Source: Candidatus Staskawiczbacteria bacterium | Lineage (GTDB): Bacteria > Patescibacteriota > Minisyncoccia > Minisyncoccales > Staskawiczbacteraceae | Length of the DNA stretch: 64,000 nt | Assembly: GCA_903845295.1 (NCBI GenBank) | Contig: CAIMWV010000035.1 | Location: forward strand, 924 to 64,923 | Direction: 5' to 3' | Part shown: one piece after another, positions 63,613 through 64,000 of the stretch | Layout of the letters: every line of letters starts with the position of its first letter | Numbering within the stretch: position 1 is the stretch's first letter | The notes under the pieces: model-generated | The model's database searches: none | Seen by the model: only the letters and a program-made list of their open reading frames with translations | What the model was told of the DNA's origin: nothing | Program-made: the position numbers and the translations under genes

Positions 63613-63625
63613 ATTGTCGCACGAT
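63613..63625. repeat. Copy h of the 13-bp palindromic motif (ATTGTCGCACGAT)
   Basis: Directly after the rplL terminator and 3 bp before a TTGACA hexamer upstream of the amino-acid-kinase-like gene. Confidence 0.65.
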
Positions 63626-63655
63626 AAAACAGCCCCGCTAATGCGGGGCTGTTTT
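63626..63655 (-). terminator. Rho-independent terminator after rplL (CAGCCCCGC-TAAT-GCGGGGCTG with U-tract)
   Basis: 9-bp GC-rich stem flanked by AAAA / TTTT. Confidence 0.75.
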
Positions 63656-63664
63656 ATCGAATTG

Positions 63665-64000
63665 TTATTTAATCTCAACTTTTGCTCCTGCGGCTGCAAA
63701 TTTCTTTTGGATTTCAGCTGCTTCCTCTTTCTTAATTCCCTCTTTAACTATCTGGGCTGTGCCGGCTGCGGCTGCATCGACTAAATCTTTGGATTCCTTC
63801 AGTCCCTTTGCAGTCACATCCCTGACAACCTTAATAACCTCAATTTTTTGGGCTCCAACTTCTTTTAACTCAACATTAAAAGATGTCTTTTCCTCAACCG
63901 GAGCGGCTGCGGCTGCTGCCACTGCGACTGGAGCGGCTGCTGAAACGCCGAATTTATTCTCCAAAACTTTTACAAGTTCTGCCAGTTCTACAACTGGCAT
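63665..64000 (-). CDS. rplL: 50S ribosomal protein L7/L12 (N-terminus probably continues beyond the window edge)
   Basis: Ala-rich hinge [18 protein letters not shown] and C-terminal domain EFDVELKEVG-like ([35 protein letters not shown]). Confidence 0.9.
   Translation of the reverse strand: MPVVELAELVKVLENKFGVSAAAPVAVAAAAAAPVEEKTSFNVELKEVGAQKIEVIKVVRDVTAKGLKESKDLVDAAAAGTAQIVKEGIKKEEAAEIQKKFAAAGAKVEIK

Noticed and set aside
1-64000. CRISPR arrays, rRNA genes, transposases / integrases, prophage genes
   Set aside because: No regularly spaced direct repeats with unique spacers, no rRNA-like conserved stretches, and no transposase or integrase-like ORFs were seen. Mobility signals are limited to the small repeat families and tRNA-fragment scars described above.

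Overview
This is a gene-dense window that by eye runs about 35% GC and is transcribed almost entirely from the minus strand; GC was not computed. The gene content (short HrcA, few biosynthetic genes, an LTA-synthase family protein, a GtrA-like protein, glycosyltransferases, huge DUF11-like surface proteins) resembles a reduced Patescibacteria/CPR-like or similarly streamlined genome, which is an inference.

Gene content in order:
- Start of window: a grpE fragment and a short hrcA.
- Two efflux clusters: MarR + HlyD + HlyD + EmrB-like MFS pump, and ECF sigma + MacA-like adaptor + ABC ATPase + MacB-like permease.
- Glutamate dehydrogenase, a tRNA-binding protein, a UvrD helicase fused to a PD-(D/E)XK nuclease, and two paralogous giant surface proteins.
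- LTA-synthase family protein, GNAT, pseudouridine synthase, guaB, PGI/PMI, PIG-L deacetylase, a GT4 glycosyltransferase and a CFA synthase.
- A tRNA-Gln locus with a GIY-YIG gene, a MEMO-like/CapA fusion, a PQ-repeat membrane protein, dnaX, GtrA-like and CDP-alcohol phosphatidyltransferase genes.
- cysS-dnaB-recR, a zincin-like peptidase, rplU, rmuC, two P-type ATPases, a CaCA antiporter, a permease and tRNA-Glu.
- The dcw cluster mraZ-rsmH-ftsL-ftsI, a visibly GC-rich leuA, a membrane-anchored ClpC-like ATPase, small membrane proteins, a nested tRNA-Val locus, an amino-acid-kinase-like gene and partial rplL.

Signals I rank highest:
1. A 13-bp palindrome ATTGT-CGC-ACAAT present eight times, always intergenic and always in the same orientation.
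2. A family of three inverted-repeat elements whose arms contain CCCGTTAGA / TCTAACGGG, one of which encloses tRNA-Val.
3. An isolated GC-rich leuA preceded by a Leu-rich leader peptide and a four-segment attenuator.
4. A tRNA 5' half, an inverted-repeat-flanked tRNA-Val and a downstream CGGTG that together could reconstitute an interrupted tRNA.
5. A tRNA-Gln locus with partial duplicates bracketing a GIY-YIG nuclease gene.
6. A GC-rich non-coding island of about 700 bp bracketed by a promoter-like site and a terminator.
7. MraZ-type GTGGN repeats plus three perfect DnaA-box 9-mers upstream of mraZ.
8. A conserved C-terminal anchor motif shared by the two giant surface proteins.

No CRISPR array, rRNA, transposase or integrase was seen.
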